Shown here piece by piece: positions 1 through 11,422 of a stretch of DNA of 64,000 bases. Positions within the stretch are counted from its first letter, which is position 1. Each line of letters begins with the position of its first letter. Below the pieces are notes generated by a model. It was not told the origin of the DNA, made no database searches, and saw only the letters and a list, made by a program, of their open reading frames with translations. A program made the position numbers and the translations under genes. This stretch comes from Sphagnum compactum (Eukaryota), in NCBI GenBank assembly GCA_965153455.1, contig OZ234493.1:11150213-11214212 (forward strand), written 5' to 3'.

Positions 1-19
1 TAAAATTCACACCTTGGGT

Positions 20-500
20 GTAATGTATAAGAAATAAGTAGAACTCGATGGACAATCATGGCAACTTGTATCATCCTAAGATTGAGTGTAGAATTCTCAA
101 TAAATAGGGTTATTCTCTAATCCATTGTTCCATATTTGTATGTTGTCACCTTCCAAAGTGGCATAAAAGTTTGGATGCTTGTAAGTTGTTTTCAAGTTGT
201 TGACATCTTGAAAACTTGAAAGTTATGGGTGCCTAATTATTCAGAAAAGTTGGCACTGTGTCTAAATTTGCTGTCTAGATCAGACGTTTAAGGAATTGAG
301 AAACTTGACAGCAAACAATGTTATATTGCAAAATGAAAATGGAATTCCTCTTGCATCAAAAGGAGTTGTGGAAAATCATTTCAGAAATCAAATTTGAAGA
401 AATTATTCTCAAAAGGAGGCATTCTTGAGTAACATCTATTCTAGCAAAAGAAAGTCAGCTCATCTGACAATGCTCTTGAACATTGTTGATTCCTTGTTTC
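20..500 (+). mobile_element. Ty1/copia LTR retrotransposon remnant (LTR end, PBS-like site, gag N-terminus)
   Basis: PBS-like 'aaagttatgggtgcc' at about 220. It is followed by a frameshifted reading GIEKLDS../KMKMEFLLHQKELWKIISE and ..MLLNIVDSLF, resembling the copia gag N-terminus (IEKLxGxNYxxWKxKMExLLxxKxLW). Confidence 0.45.
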
Positions 501-933
501 GCTTAACATTTGCATGTTATTAACTGACTCTAATAAACCAAGAAGCTTATGATTTGGAGATGGAAGACTGAGGTAGTTAGGTGCAATTTGAAACCAACAA
601 GCTCAATATCCTTGGCCAATCAATTGGCCAATCAGTAGTTTATTGCAGGCAGGAATGTAGCCATTTCTGATGTAGCAGAAACCCTTGAAAATGCTGCCAT
701 AGTCTCAAATTCCACTTAGTTTTGAAAATAACTCTGTACATAAGAGAAAAGAGTCAGTAGACCTAAGTGGTACAAATGGTAGAGACAGGGTTACTACTGA
801 AAGGCTCTGTGGCCACTTTTTCAGTGGTACCACATCTGACAACAGTGTTCACCTATGACAGTTTATATTACTGCTACACATGGTATGGAAAAACTGAAGT
901 TGATAAAGTGATTGACAGGACAGACTACTAGCA

Positions 934-3382
934 TCATCAATAGTCCATGCAAGAACAAACACCATCATTGAAGTGATGAAAGCAATTCACATCCCTCACC
1001 ATGATTGTTCTCCCAACTATTTTTGAAATGAACTTAGTGGAAATATGGCAATCTTCACAAACCTGCAGCTTCTCTTTTTCAGAGTGGAGTACCAGGTGCT
1101 GTGTTGAGGAGCCTGAATGCAATTGCCAGGTTCTCACTATGGTGGCACAAATGAGACACCTTTTCTTCTTCCTCTACATCATGTAGCACAATTGCAGTAC
1201 GTGGCACATACCCAGCATCATGCATGAGCCCTGACAATCTCTTCAGTTCTGCACGGATTTCAACCATCTGAGGGTGGTCTTGATCATCTACTACAAATGT
1301 ATGCACCTTGTTATCCACCACAATCCAGGTGCAACCTAGCTGCCTTTTCACGCCTCTTTCCTTTCTCTGCCATTCAACATCCTCACAGAGATGCCTGTTG
1401 CCAGAAGCAGCATAGATGTTTGCTAGCAGCACATAACCCACAGCATTTTCAGACTCCAATTCAATAACTTGCTTAGCAACACATTCTCGCATCTCCACAT
1501 TTCCATGAATACTGCAAGCACTGAGCAAAGCCATGCATGTAGCAAAATGTGGTTTACAGGGCATGCTCTTGATCATATTCTCAGCCTCCTGTGGATGACC
1601 AGCAAGGCCAAGAAGGTCGACCATGCAGGTGTAATGTTCCACTGTTGGAGAAATCATGTAAACTTCCTTCATTGAAGCATAAAAGCACATGCCTTCATGC
1701 ACCAAACCTGCATGGCTACAAGCTGACAGACAACAAACAAAAGTGATATCATCTGGCTGTACACCTTCTTCACACATCTGTTTAAAATATGTAAGAGCTT
1801 CCTTACCATGCCCATGCATGGCAAATCCTCCAAATATGGAGTTCCAAGAGACCACATCCCACAATGGCATCTCATTGAACTCTCTTGGCATCCTCCATGC
1901 TGCCACATTTTGCGTACATGTCAACTAAGCAATTCCCCACAAAGACATCTGAATCCCATCCACTTTGAATGATCTGCTTGTGAGCAAATCTGCCCTCTTC
2001 AAGTGCAACCAAGCTGGCACATGCATTCACCACCCCCACAAAAGTAAGAGAGTCTGACTGCACACCTTCCTGTTGCATTTGTCGAAACAGTTCCAGTGAC
2101 TTCTGCCCTTGCCCACATTTCACATGTCCCAATATCATGGAATTCCAAGTGACCACATTGCGTGATGGCATCTTGTTAAAATCTCTCCAAGCATCCTCCA
2201 TGCTGCCACATTTTGCATACAAGTCAATCAAGCTATTCCCCACAAACACATCCAAATCCCATCCACTTTGAATTATCTGCTAATGGGCACAATTGCCCTC
2301 TTCAAGTGCAACCAAGCTGGCACATGCATTTACCACCCCCACAAAAGTAACAGGGTCTAGCTGCACACCTTCCTAATGCATTTGTCGAAATAGTTCCAGT
2401 GCCCTCTGCTCACGTCCACATTTCATGTGTCCCATTATCATGGTGGTCCAAGTGACCACATCATTTGATTGCATATTGTTGAACACCCTCTGAGCATCCT
2501 CCATGCTGCCACATTTTGCATACATGTCAACCAAGCTACTGCCCACAAACACATCTGAATCCCATCCACTTTGAATGATCTGCTGGTGAGCACATCTGCT
2601 CTTCAAGTGCAACCAAGCTGGCACATGCATTCACCACCCCCACAAACGTAACAGAGTCTGGCTTCACACCTTCCTGTTGCATTTGTGAAAATAGTTCCAG
2701 TGCCTTTTGCCCTTGTCCACATTTCCCACGTCCCAATATCATGGCATTCCAAGTGACCACATCCCGTGACGGCATTTTGTTGAACACTCTCTGAGCTTCC
2801 TCCATGCTGCCACATTTGGCATACATATCTACGAGGCTACACCCCACAAAGGCATCACCCTCACAACCACTTTGAATTATCTGTTCATGAACCTGTCTGC
2901 CCTCTTCAAGTGCTCGTAAGCTAGCACATGCATTGAGCAGTGGAACGAAAGTGAACGTGTCAGGAGACATGCCTTTTTTTTGCATTTCTTGGAAAAGCGC
3001 AATCGTCTTCTCGTGTTGCCCAGCCTTACCGTTCCTTGCAAGCCTCGTATTCCACAAGAACCCGTCCAATTGCACAGTCCCTGGTGCCATGGCGGCCAGT
3101 TTTGAATCCACCCATGGGGGATTCCTTCGGTCCCCCATCCAGAGTGAATCCTGCGTCGTCTTATGCTTGAAATCCGGGTATTGTGCAGTCGCCTTCTCCG
3201 ACCTGCATTCCCACCACCGCGAAGGATCTGAAAATAATTGCTGCCAGAGTGTCTCGATTCTCTGGCCCGCTGCTGTTGGTCCACCCTTTCCACCCCAATT
3301 ACTTGCCACCGCTCTGCTGCCGCAAACTCACTACATGTCCTAACCGGCGCCACTCGACGGTGAGTCGATGGCGCACTGCCAT
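934..3382 (-). pseudogene. PLS-class PPR-E1-E2-DYW RNA-editing factor with N-terminal OSB-type PDF motif; pseudogene
   Basis: Joined from ORFs 3299-3625, 2536-3309, 2373-2630, 1872-2255, 1079-1924 and 937-1137. Order: Arg-rich transit-like leader (ATG 3382, MAVRHRLTVEWRRLGHVVSLRQQS), PDF motif, 4 P-L-S triplets, P2-L2-S2, E1, E2, PG-box (LGCTWIVVDNKVHTF), HSE..CEDCH zinc site, CSCMDY. Lesions: frameshifts near 3310, 2600, 1880 and 1072; stops TAG 2373-2375, TAG 2280-2282 and TGA 1079-1081; terminal Trp codon changed to TGA (937-939) just before a second TGA (934-936). Intronless. Confidence 0.93.
3097..3249 (-). other. PDF motif (OSB-family ssDNA-binding motif) within the PPR-DYW gene
   Basis: LWQQLFSDPSRWWECRSEKATAQYPDFKHKTTQDSLWMGDRRNPPWVDSKL matches the OSB PDF pattern LWxxFFxxPxxWWDNRxxKxNxxxPDFKHKxTGEALWL..PxWV. 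It is in the same ORF as the first PPR motifs. Confidence 0.88.
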
Positions 3383-3954
3383 CACCACGAAGATTTGACG
3401 AAGCAAGCGAATTGAGGGGCTTGGGATTCCCCGGTGCCCCAACAGCAGCACCATGTCACAACCACAAACAGGTTCAGCAGACTGGTTCAAGCACAGCTCA
3501 CCACAGCTTTCAATAAGACCCCACAATGGAGAGTCTTGCGCGCAAAGAAGTCGCATGAGATTAAAACTATAGCCCCCTTCGCACCAAATTGGAGAGCCTG
3601 ATAACACCATAGGCACTCGTAACAAACGGTGACGCGAAAGAAAGAATGAAGAGACAATTTATACGGGACACAAGGAATTTTCCACTCTGACGGAGTATCT
3701 TATGCCACTCTTAGCACACGCACATGAATGAAGAAGCACGGCAGACTGCCGCGCGAGAAGCAGATCTGCCCGCAATCTTCCACAAAACCTGGCAGGCAGA
3801 AAATCTGGACTTTCTGCTCGGCCGCATCCGGCAGACGTCTGCGTGCTCCTGGAGCTCCCCTTCCGGCCTGCCCAGGAACTGCGGCGCTCCGTTTTGCACT
3901 CTGCCCGAGTCTCTCACAAAGTTTAGAGCTTTGTGTGAGTTTATGTAGGGTTGG

Positions 3955-4245
3955 GTTGGGAACAAAAGGAAGTTGATGGGAAGTTAATGGGAACAAAAGG
4001 ATTTTGATAGGAACTTGATGGAAACAAAAGGAATTTGATGGGAACTTGATGAAAACAAAAGGATTTTGATGGGTTATTGATGGGAATGAGAGGAATTTGA
4101 TGAGAATTGTTTGGGAACTTGATGAGAACAGGATGAATTTAATGGGAATTGTTTGGAACTTGATGAGAACAAAAGGATTTTGATAGGTTATTAAAGGGAA
4201 CAAGAGGAATTTTATGGGAACTTTTTGGGAACTTGATAGGAAATC
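3955..4245. repeat. Degenerate short tandem array (gatgggaacttgatgagaacaaaagga-like units)
   Basis: Recurrent 'gatgggaac(tt)' and 'gaacaaaaggatttt' motifs; the overlapping ORF 3700-4203 translates to low-complexity sequence. Confidence 0.75.
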
Positions 4246-4661
4246 AAGCCCCTACCCCTTAAAAAAGATAAGAAACTTCCCTTGGGAGCATGGTTGCACC
4301 ACCCAATTGGCTCACCCCTTCAAAAAATAAGAAACATCCCTTGGGGGCATGATGATGCCACCCCATTGGCACTCCTCACATGCTTTATAGTAAGGTTTTT
4401 TTGAGGGACCAGCTACTAGGATAGGTGCTTCCCATGTAAGGAACTTTGTTTTAACAAATTGGCTAGAGGGCAGGGAGAGAAAATCAAATGGACCAGCTAA
4501 AAAGGTGGGCAGACTATGTGTGCATGTGCATGCACATTCTATCTGCCTGCCTTCCTTTCTGCCAGCGGATTTCAAGGAGCAGGCAGGCAGAACCCAGGGT
4601 CTTCACAATCATGTGCGTGCCCCATCTCTTACCCTCTTTAGGGCTACTTCTCCATTTGGAC

Positions 4662-5162
4662 CCGTCTTGTGCGGTATTTGAATTTATGGACTACGTAATC
4701 AGCAAGAGTAGCCCGGGAAAAAAAAACCAGCCGTCTTGTGCGGTATTTGAATTTATGGACTATGTAACGGGTGAGAGCAGCCTGGTTACAGGAAAAAAAC
4801 CAGCCATCTTGTGCGGTATTTGAATTTATGGACTACGTAATCAGCAAGAGTAGCCCGGGAAAAAAAAAACAGCCGTCTTGTGCGGTATTTGAATTTATGG
4901 ACTTCGTAATCAGCAAGATTAGCCCAGGAAAAAAAAACCAGCCATGCCATCTTGTGCAGTATTTGAATTTATGGACTACGTAACGGGTGAGAGCAGCCCG
5001 GTTACAGGAAAAAAACCAGCTATCTTCTGCGGTATTTGAATTTATGGACTACATCACCAGCAAGAGCAGCCCAGCTACTCGAAGAAAAACCAGCTGTCTT
5101 GTGTGGTATTTGAATTTATGGACTATGTAACCAGCCAGAGCAGCCCGGTTACTGGAAAAAAA
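4662..5162. repeat. Tandem minisatellite, 7 units of about 69-74 bp
   Basis: Units start at 4662, 4731, 4804, 4873, 4947, 5020 and 5094; conserved core cttgtgcggtatttgaatttatggacta. Confidence 0.95.
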
Positions 5163-6516
5163 TGGGACATAACTGGTGACTTGACAGATGAGATTTCACC
5201 CACCCATAATTGATGACTACTTGGACATCTGGGATGAATGCTGTTGTTGCTATCTGCATAAACCCCTACGCTCATCTGGCCGACCCAATACACAGTGGAT
5301 ATGGGTTGTAATCGGAGACCTCTTCGGCAATGGGGTGGCGCCACACCATAGATTTCCACAGAGGAACCAGTTATGTACTAGATAATGTCTGCTTCCTAGT
5401 GAGCCTCTATGATGAGGCTGATACTAGGTGCAGAATGCACCATAGGGGGGCGCATTATTTAGCATAAATGAAATTTTGAGGGCAGATTCTGCTCAAATTA
5501 AAGCTGTGGTTTCCTAAAATCCAACATTTATGTCAAAATCGCCACATTTCCAATGAAGGCCTCGTCTTGCAAAGTAAGATGCTTGAAAAGTGTGCAGAAT
5601 CGGCCCTCCAAACAGGGTAGGTATTGGTAACAAACGGTTGAAGCTAAACAAGCAAAGGCAGAATTAGATGGGACACTTGAGCTTCCACTCATGTGGAGTG
5701 TCTTTGCCATGCCAGCTTCCACTCATGCGGAGCATCTTTGCCACTCTCTACAACCCGCTTTATGTCTTCTTCTCCGTTTGGACCCATGTTGTGTGATTAT
5801 TTGAACTAATGAAGAAATGCTAGTTTCTGTCTTTCAAACATTTCAAAATCAAACAACTGTCAGTCCTAGTTGTTTCAAAACAATCCTTAAAGAACTGGCG
5901 GTTTTTAATTGAAGAACTAGTCAAGAACAAGTTGTTGTTAGAATTAGTTAAATCTGATTTTTTCCAAATAAATTGAGAACATTGGTCATATGGTGACCTA
6001 AAGGTAGGTGACGTGGATGGACTTTCTTCTCTCTTCATACTGATTAGGGTAGGTGTATGTGAAACAAAACATCTCTAGAACCCTAATGCCAAAGAAAAAT
6101 TTCTTCCAAAAAACATTTAGGAACTTTCCTTTCTTCATCATGGAAGTTTGTGGATTGCATCGATGATGTTCAATGATGGAAAGGAGATGTGATGTGCCAA
6201 CTACAAGTGAGATTTCTTGGATTGGCCTGCTCAAAATTTGCAAAAGGGCTTCTGGGTAGCTAGTCAATTTTTGGTGAGCAAGGTCACTAATGGGCTGGTG
6301 TTTTCTTAGCGAAGTATTATGGAGGCTTATTGCAAAGATGTGCATGGCGATGTGGTTGTGTGGTGTTGGTATGTGATTTCGGATAAATGGAAGTTGCTCT
6401 AGATGGACAAGGTTTTTGGTTTTCTAATAAGCAAGGAACATCTATAATTTTATGTTCATCTTTGGCTTTTAACAAAAAGAAACATGCAATAGAGATAACC
6501 GTAACATAACCTTGTT

Positions 6517-6900
6517 TTCACCCTGCCTTTGGGCCTCTTTTCACCTCTTAACCCCTCTTTGAGTGGTATCTGCAAAGTAAAGATATTTTATTAAATCTCA
6601 GTATGACATGCGGCAACTCACTATGAAATGCTGAAACTCAGCATTTAATGCACAAGGTTCGAGACTAATTATAGTACTCGTACAGTTAGGAGCAATGAAA
6701 AATGAAAATATGGAGGTGCTCAGGAAAAAGGAAAGACAGAATGAAACTCAGTTTACCACCAAATTCGATGGTTTTATGAGTTTCATCTACTGTTGAATGC
6801 TAATGTACTTTTTTACAGGTTTTTAAAAGAAATTCACCCTGTGTATAACCAAATTCAGGGTTCTGGTGTTTTATTTTTCTTACTTTATGGATAATTCTGA
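6517..6900 (+). mobile_element. Dispersed non-autonomous repeat (about 380 bp), family A
   Basis: The same sequence (..ttttattaaatctcagtat..gctgaaactcagcatttaatgcacaaggttcgagactaattatagt..) recurs inverted at about 60622-60957 and twice at 58560-59100. Confidence 0.8.
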
Positions 6901-6909
6901 TGTCAATAA

Positions 6910-8300
6910 AATGTTAAACTTGGATTCCTTGCAGGTAGTCGTACACATGAAAATATTGATTGATGTTTTGGGTATTTGTCAAATAAGTTGAGAAAACAAA
7001 AGAACTACATTTCAGATTTAATACATTTCAGATTTAATGAAGGTTTTTATGATCTCACAAAAGTGACTTTTCATTCTGCAGTTGATTCAAAAGATTTTAG
7101 ATTTCAAAACCTAAGTCCTAGATTCTTTAAAAGATGATCTTGAAACTTGGTAAGGCATATTGATGGGCATATTTTTAGATTTTTTTGTTGATTTGTCCAA
7201 TTAGGCTATGATGCAATACAAAGTTTCATCTATAGATAGTGTTTGGAGTCCCTTAGATGGGCCTCTAATCAAATTGTGGAAAGTTAATCCCAATGGATCA
7301 CCAAAGCTTCCTACTAAAGTCCCAAGCCTTATTCCTTATCACCTAATTTGGGGCAATGATGTGTTTAGTCCATGAAAAGGGAAAAGTTTATTAGTGTTGG
7401 ACTATTCAAATATGTGGAATTCTAGAAGCAAGGCATTGAATAAAGTGCAACTTACACAAGGAAAAAGATTTTGTTTGTGGAATATTGGGAGGATACTTGT
7501 GCAAAGTTAATCCCAATGGATCACCAAAGCTTCCTACTAAAGTCCCAAGCCTTATTCCTTATCACCTAATTTGGGGCAATGATGTGTTTAGTCCATGAAA
7601 AGGGAAAAGTTTATTAGTGTTGGACTATTCAAATATGTGGAATTCTAGAAGCAAGGCATTGAATAAAGTGCAACTTACACAAGGAAAAGGATTTTGTTTG
7701 TGGAATATTGGGAGGATACTGTATTGCATTTGTCAAAATTGTTACTTCTTCAAAGTTTCACTCTTTTGGAGGGCTAGTGGCCTACAAACAATTGAAGGTT
7801 TTAATTATGCCAAGGCTTCATTGCCATTCATAGTGAAAGTTATTGATTTAAAAAACTTAGTCATACATCTTAATTGTGGACCCAAAAACTTAAAGACTAC
7901 TCCAACGTACATTTTGTTTAAAGATTTCAACATTGGGAAGTTTGTTTTCCATGAGGCCACATGATTTTGTCCTTGTGTGGATGAGAAGAACACAAAGTGA
8001 TGTCAAGGATGACCAAAATGAATTTTTCAAAATGTTAAAAGTTTAGTGGTGGAGATTCCAATGAAGAAAGGGTCAAACTTAGATGAACAACCCTTATTAA
8101 AATTACTGGAATGGCAAATGAAAATGCAATTTAGTAGATCCAAAATACTGGTTCGAAATTTTAGTTTTTTCTTTTCTTTTCTTACTTGAAAAAATACAAC
8201 AAACAAAAGTCACATCATTATTCCTGATAGTTGTGCTTTTCGAACTAAAGTGATTCTTGAAGCTCTTGAAGCTGCTAATGCATCAAGTAATTTGTGAAGT
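6910..8300 (+). mobile_element. Degenerate DDE transposase remnant (GHTHEDID-type; DUF7869/Sola1-like)
   Basis: Reads VKLGFLAGSRTHENID*CFGYLSNKLRKQKNYISDL at about 6913-7020, resembling the (V)GHTHEDID catalytic motif. Later fragments include WWRF..KKGSNLDEQ..YWNGK*KCNLVDP. Many stops and frameshifts. Confidence 0.5.
7274..7720. repeat. Near-perfect 223-bp tandem duplication
   Basis: 7274-7496 and 7497-7719 are almost identical (aaagttaatcccaatggatcacc...attgggaggatact). Confidence 0.95.
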
Positions 8301-9639
8301 ATGTTGATGATGTCGATAAAATATTGGTTATATAACAATGTCCTTTTTAATCATTCAATTTATTTCACTTTTGGTTTTATATTTTGGGTGCCTTTTTGGT
8401 CTTTCTCGTGTTGTGTTATTTAAGGAATTTAATTATTATTCATGATTTTTTTTTGAGTGTTCATAATCAGTAATTGATTGATTCCTATTCATTGTTGGCA
8501 TTTGTGTTCCTTGTGTGTAATTTGGATAATTGCATTTATAGTTGAGACTAAATTTTGGACATTTCATTTTTGGTTCACAAAATCAATAATCCATTATTGT
8601 GCACTTGGTGGCCATAAGGAGGAATGGTATATAAAATTTGAACCTATTAATCTTTTTAAAACTATGAATACCATATTTTGATCTATAGACAATGTAGTTA
8701 AATTTGGATTGGCCTTTCTTTGAAACTCAAAGAATTGAGTTTTTTTTTGTTGCTAATGATAGCATTAACCCATGACATTCATTATCAATAATATAATAAT
8801 ATTATTATATACATCACCTAGTGGCTAGTAGGCGCAGTAGTATATAAAACTTGAATTTACTAATGTATTTGTTTTAATATTTGCATCATCTCTGGATCCA
8901 TAATCGTCGTTGTCATTATTGAATTTGCATGGTGTCCCTTGTCTAAAAGTCAAAGAATTGAGTTTTTCGTTGTCACTAATGGGAGCTAACCCTTGGTTTG
9001 AAATAAATCCTGGAAACTATTGACACAGGTGTTACAGAGAATATGGACAACCCAAGTTGGGGGGCTAATCACCTTCTAAATGGATTAGAAATGTAGGGTA
9101 AATGTCCCATCAAATTGATATGAATTTTTTTGAAAAGTCATCATTTTTGGAACATTTCTCAAGCTTTGGTTTTTTGCACATCATATATCCACCATCATTC
9201 CCTTACTTCATTAAACATAATGTGCAAACGTTAATGTTATTTTTTGGAAATTTTCGGGATATTCTCATGTTTATTTAACAATAAACTTATTGAAACGTGC
9301 ATTTAAATGATATTCATATATAAAATGATCACAAACTTGTTAAATCAAATGACCACCAAATAAAGTTCATCCCATCCATTAGGTTGTTTCAAGTTTTAAA
9401 TTAATAATTTTATCTTAAATTAATTAATTTTTTTGTTTATTTTGGCTATTTATTGGAACACGTTACAAAAATCTACTAATTAAAAAATAATTGGCCAAAA
9501 TCTAACGGTTTAAAGTGATTTTTTCCACAAAGATCCTTTCAATGTATCAAAAAAGATTCTAGGTTAAAAAATGCAAAAAAATTGCCACAAAATATTAGAT
9601 ATGATGATGGAATTTTTTTCATTTTAAAAATTATTTTTA

Positions 9640-10260
9640 CAACTAATTTCAAAGTGTAAAATGTTGGTGGATTCTTGCCCAAGTTTATGAAGCTTTATAG
9701 AGCCACAATTTTTGTGCACAAATAAATACAGAGCAAGGAATTGAAATTGTTGAAAATATGACAAAATTTGTTTGTTTCCCATGCTTTTGAATTGTTGTCA
9801 ACATTTGCACCCTCTATCACAAGTTGAATTTGGACTTTTAAAGAAGATGAGGGAAAAACTTGTAGTTTGGAAATTTTTGAAATGATTAACAACAAGGGAG
9901 TTTGTAAATAGAGAGTTATTCATATCCTAATGCTGTGAGATTGATATGAAGGAAATCAAATGCCTTTTCCAATGGTGGACCAAGCATGACACAATGTTTC
10001 AAACTATTTGGTTTCTTGCAAAACAAAATTTAGGAATGGTAGGATCATAGATTGAAACTAAACATATTTTTTTCACTTATTGTATTTTTACAAATTTCAT
10101 AAGATGTAAACTATGATCATAAATTCTTGAGAAATTAATTCTTATATATATAAATTGACCTATTGATACTAGAATCGGTAGTAAGTCTGCATTGATGAAA
10201 TTGATAAAATCAAAAGTTTGTTTTGAAGGAAGAGTTTCAGGAGTTTGAAGGCTGTTTTGA
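9640..10260 (+). mobile_element. hAT transposase remnant (C-terminal dimerisation domain)
   Basis: KEIKCLFQWWTKHDTMFQTIWFLAKQNLGMVGS*IETKHIF..RCKL*S*ILEKLILIYIN*PIDTRIG matches the hAT dimerisation pattern (PLxWWxxHxxxFPTLxxLARxILGIxxSQIETERIFS). Confidence 0.8.
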
Positions 10261-11422
10261 GCAAGAGGAAGCACGAGCAAGAGGACTTCATTAATTAATC
10301 AATTGGAGAAATTAAAAACCCAATTAAAGAATGGTCGACATGTAAGCAACTATTATCAGTTGATAGAGAAAAGCAATATTAAAAACCAGTTATTATGACA
10401 ATATAAAACTTTGATAATCTTCAAGGTTCTTTGGAATTTTAAGAAAAGGTTGTGAACTGGGTCAGTTCTTTGAATTAATTATTTTGAAGAATCAACCTTT
10501 TCCCCCAAAAAGCAAACCGCCCATCGACCAGGGTTTTTGTTTTCAATTTTCTCAAGTTGGGCGATCATCCACAAGAGGAATGACCCAAAATTTGGCAGCT
10601 AGAGGTCAGCCAACAAAGTAGAAGTAGCATTTTTCAAAGGACCCCACTTTGTTCTAGCAACCTCCAGGAACTCGTAATTCAAATATGGCAACTTCTAACA
10701 CTTTTTTCCCCTAAAAAAATTGGCGACTGTTGCACATTTTTTCCAAAAAAAAAAACCCTTTAGACATGTCGCACCTCATTTTATAATTTTGGGTCGCCGT
10801 ACCGCAAAAGAAATTTCGCCAAAGGAAAAACATTGGTGAGAATTGGCATACTAGGTTGTAGAAATTTGGCCTTGCTGAATGAATGTTATGTTGATGAATG
10901 ATAAAGGCCAATTGGAGAAACAGGATGTTAAATCCTAACATCGATGAATGTTACGAAGTCAAGGCCGAGAAGCTTCGCAGTCTGCAAATGTTGGGGAAGG
11001 AAGAGGAGGGAGTAATATGGGTGTTACTGAAGCACTGGAGTTCGAGGCGGGGGTTTTGGAATTGAAATTGAGATGATTCTCGTTCTGCACTGCTCCGTAA
11101 ACGGGAGTTTTGGGAATGATGTATAGCCTTTGAAGCTCCAAGCGAGGCGATTTTTGTCGGTGCAGTGCGTTGAGATCACGACCTTGGAGTTGGCGAAAGA
11201 CTTGCTTGAGTTTGCACGTTTCTTAGTTTGCAGTTCTCGGTAAAGGGGAATATTGGGCATTTCCATGTACCGATAGGCTTTGGAGCTTAAAAGGTGGCGA
11301 TTTTTGTCGGTGCAGTGCGATGAGATCTCGACCTCGGAGTTGGCGAAAGTCTTGGAGATCGAGCTTGGGGCGAAGAGGACGCACGACGCACAAAGGGTGT
11401 ACACAAGCAAGATTTTAAAAGC

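Noticed and set aside
934-3382. PPR stops rescued by U-to-C editing or by introns; U-to-C (KP-type) editor
   Set aside because: Several frameshifts are clean small indels within conserved motifs, with no room for introns. The DYW domain is the PG-box C-to-U type.
3700-4203. 167-aa minus-strand ORF and overlapping ORFs
   Set aside because: No ATG start, half is translated tandem repeat, and no domain is recognisable.
4662-5162. CRISPR-like appearance (conserved about 28-bp core plus about 40-bp variable part)
   Set aside because: The 'spacers' are homologous to each other and recur, there are no cas genes, and the context is eukaryotic; it is a minisatellite.
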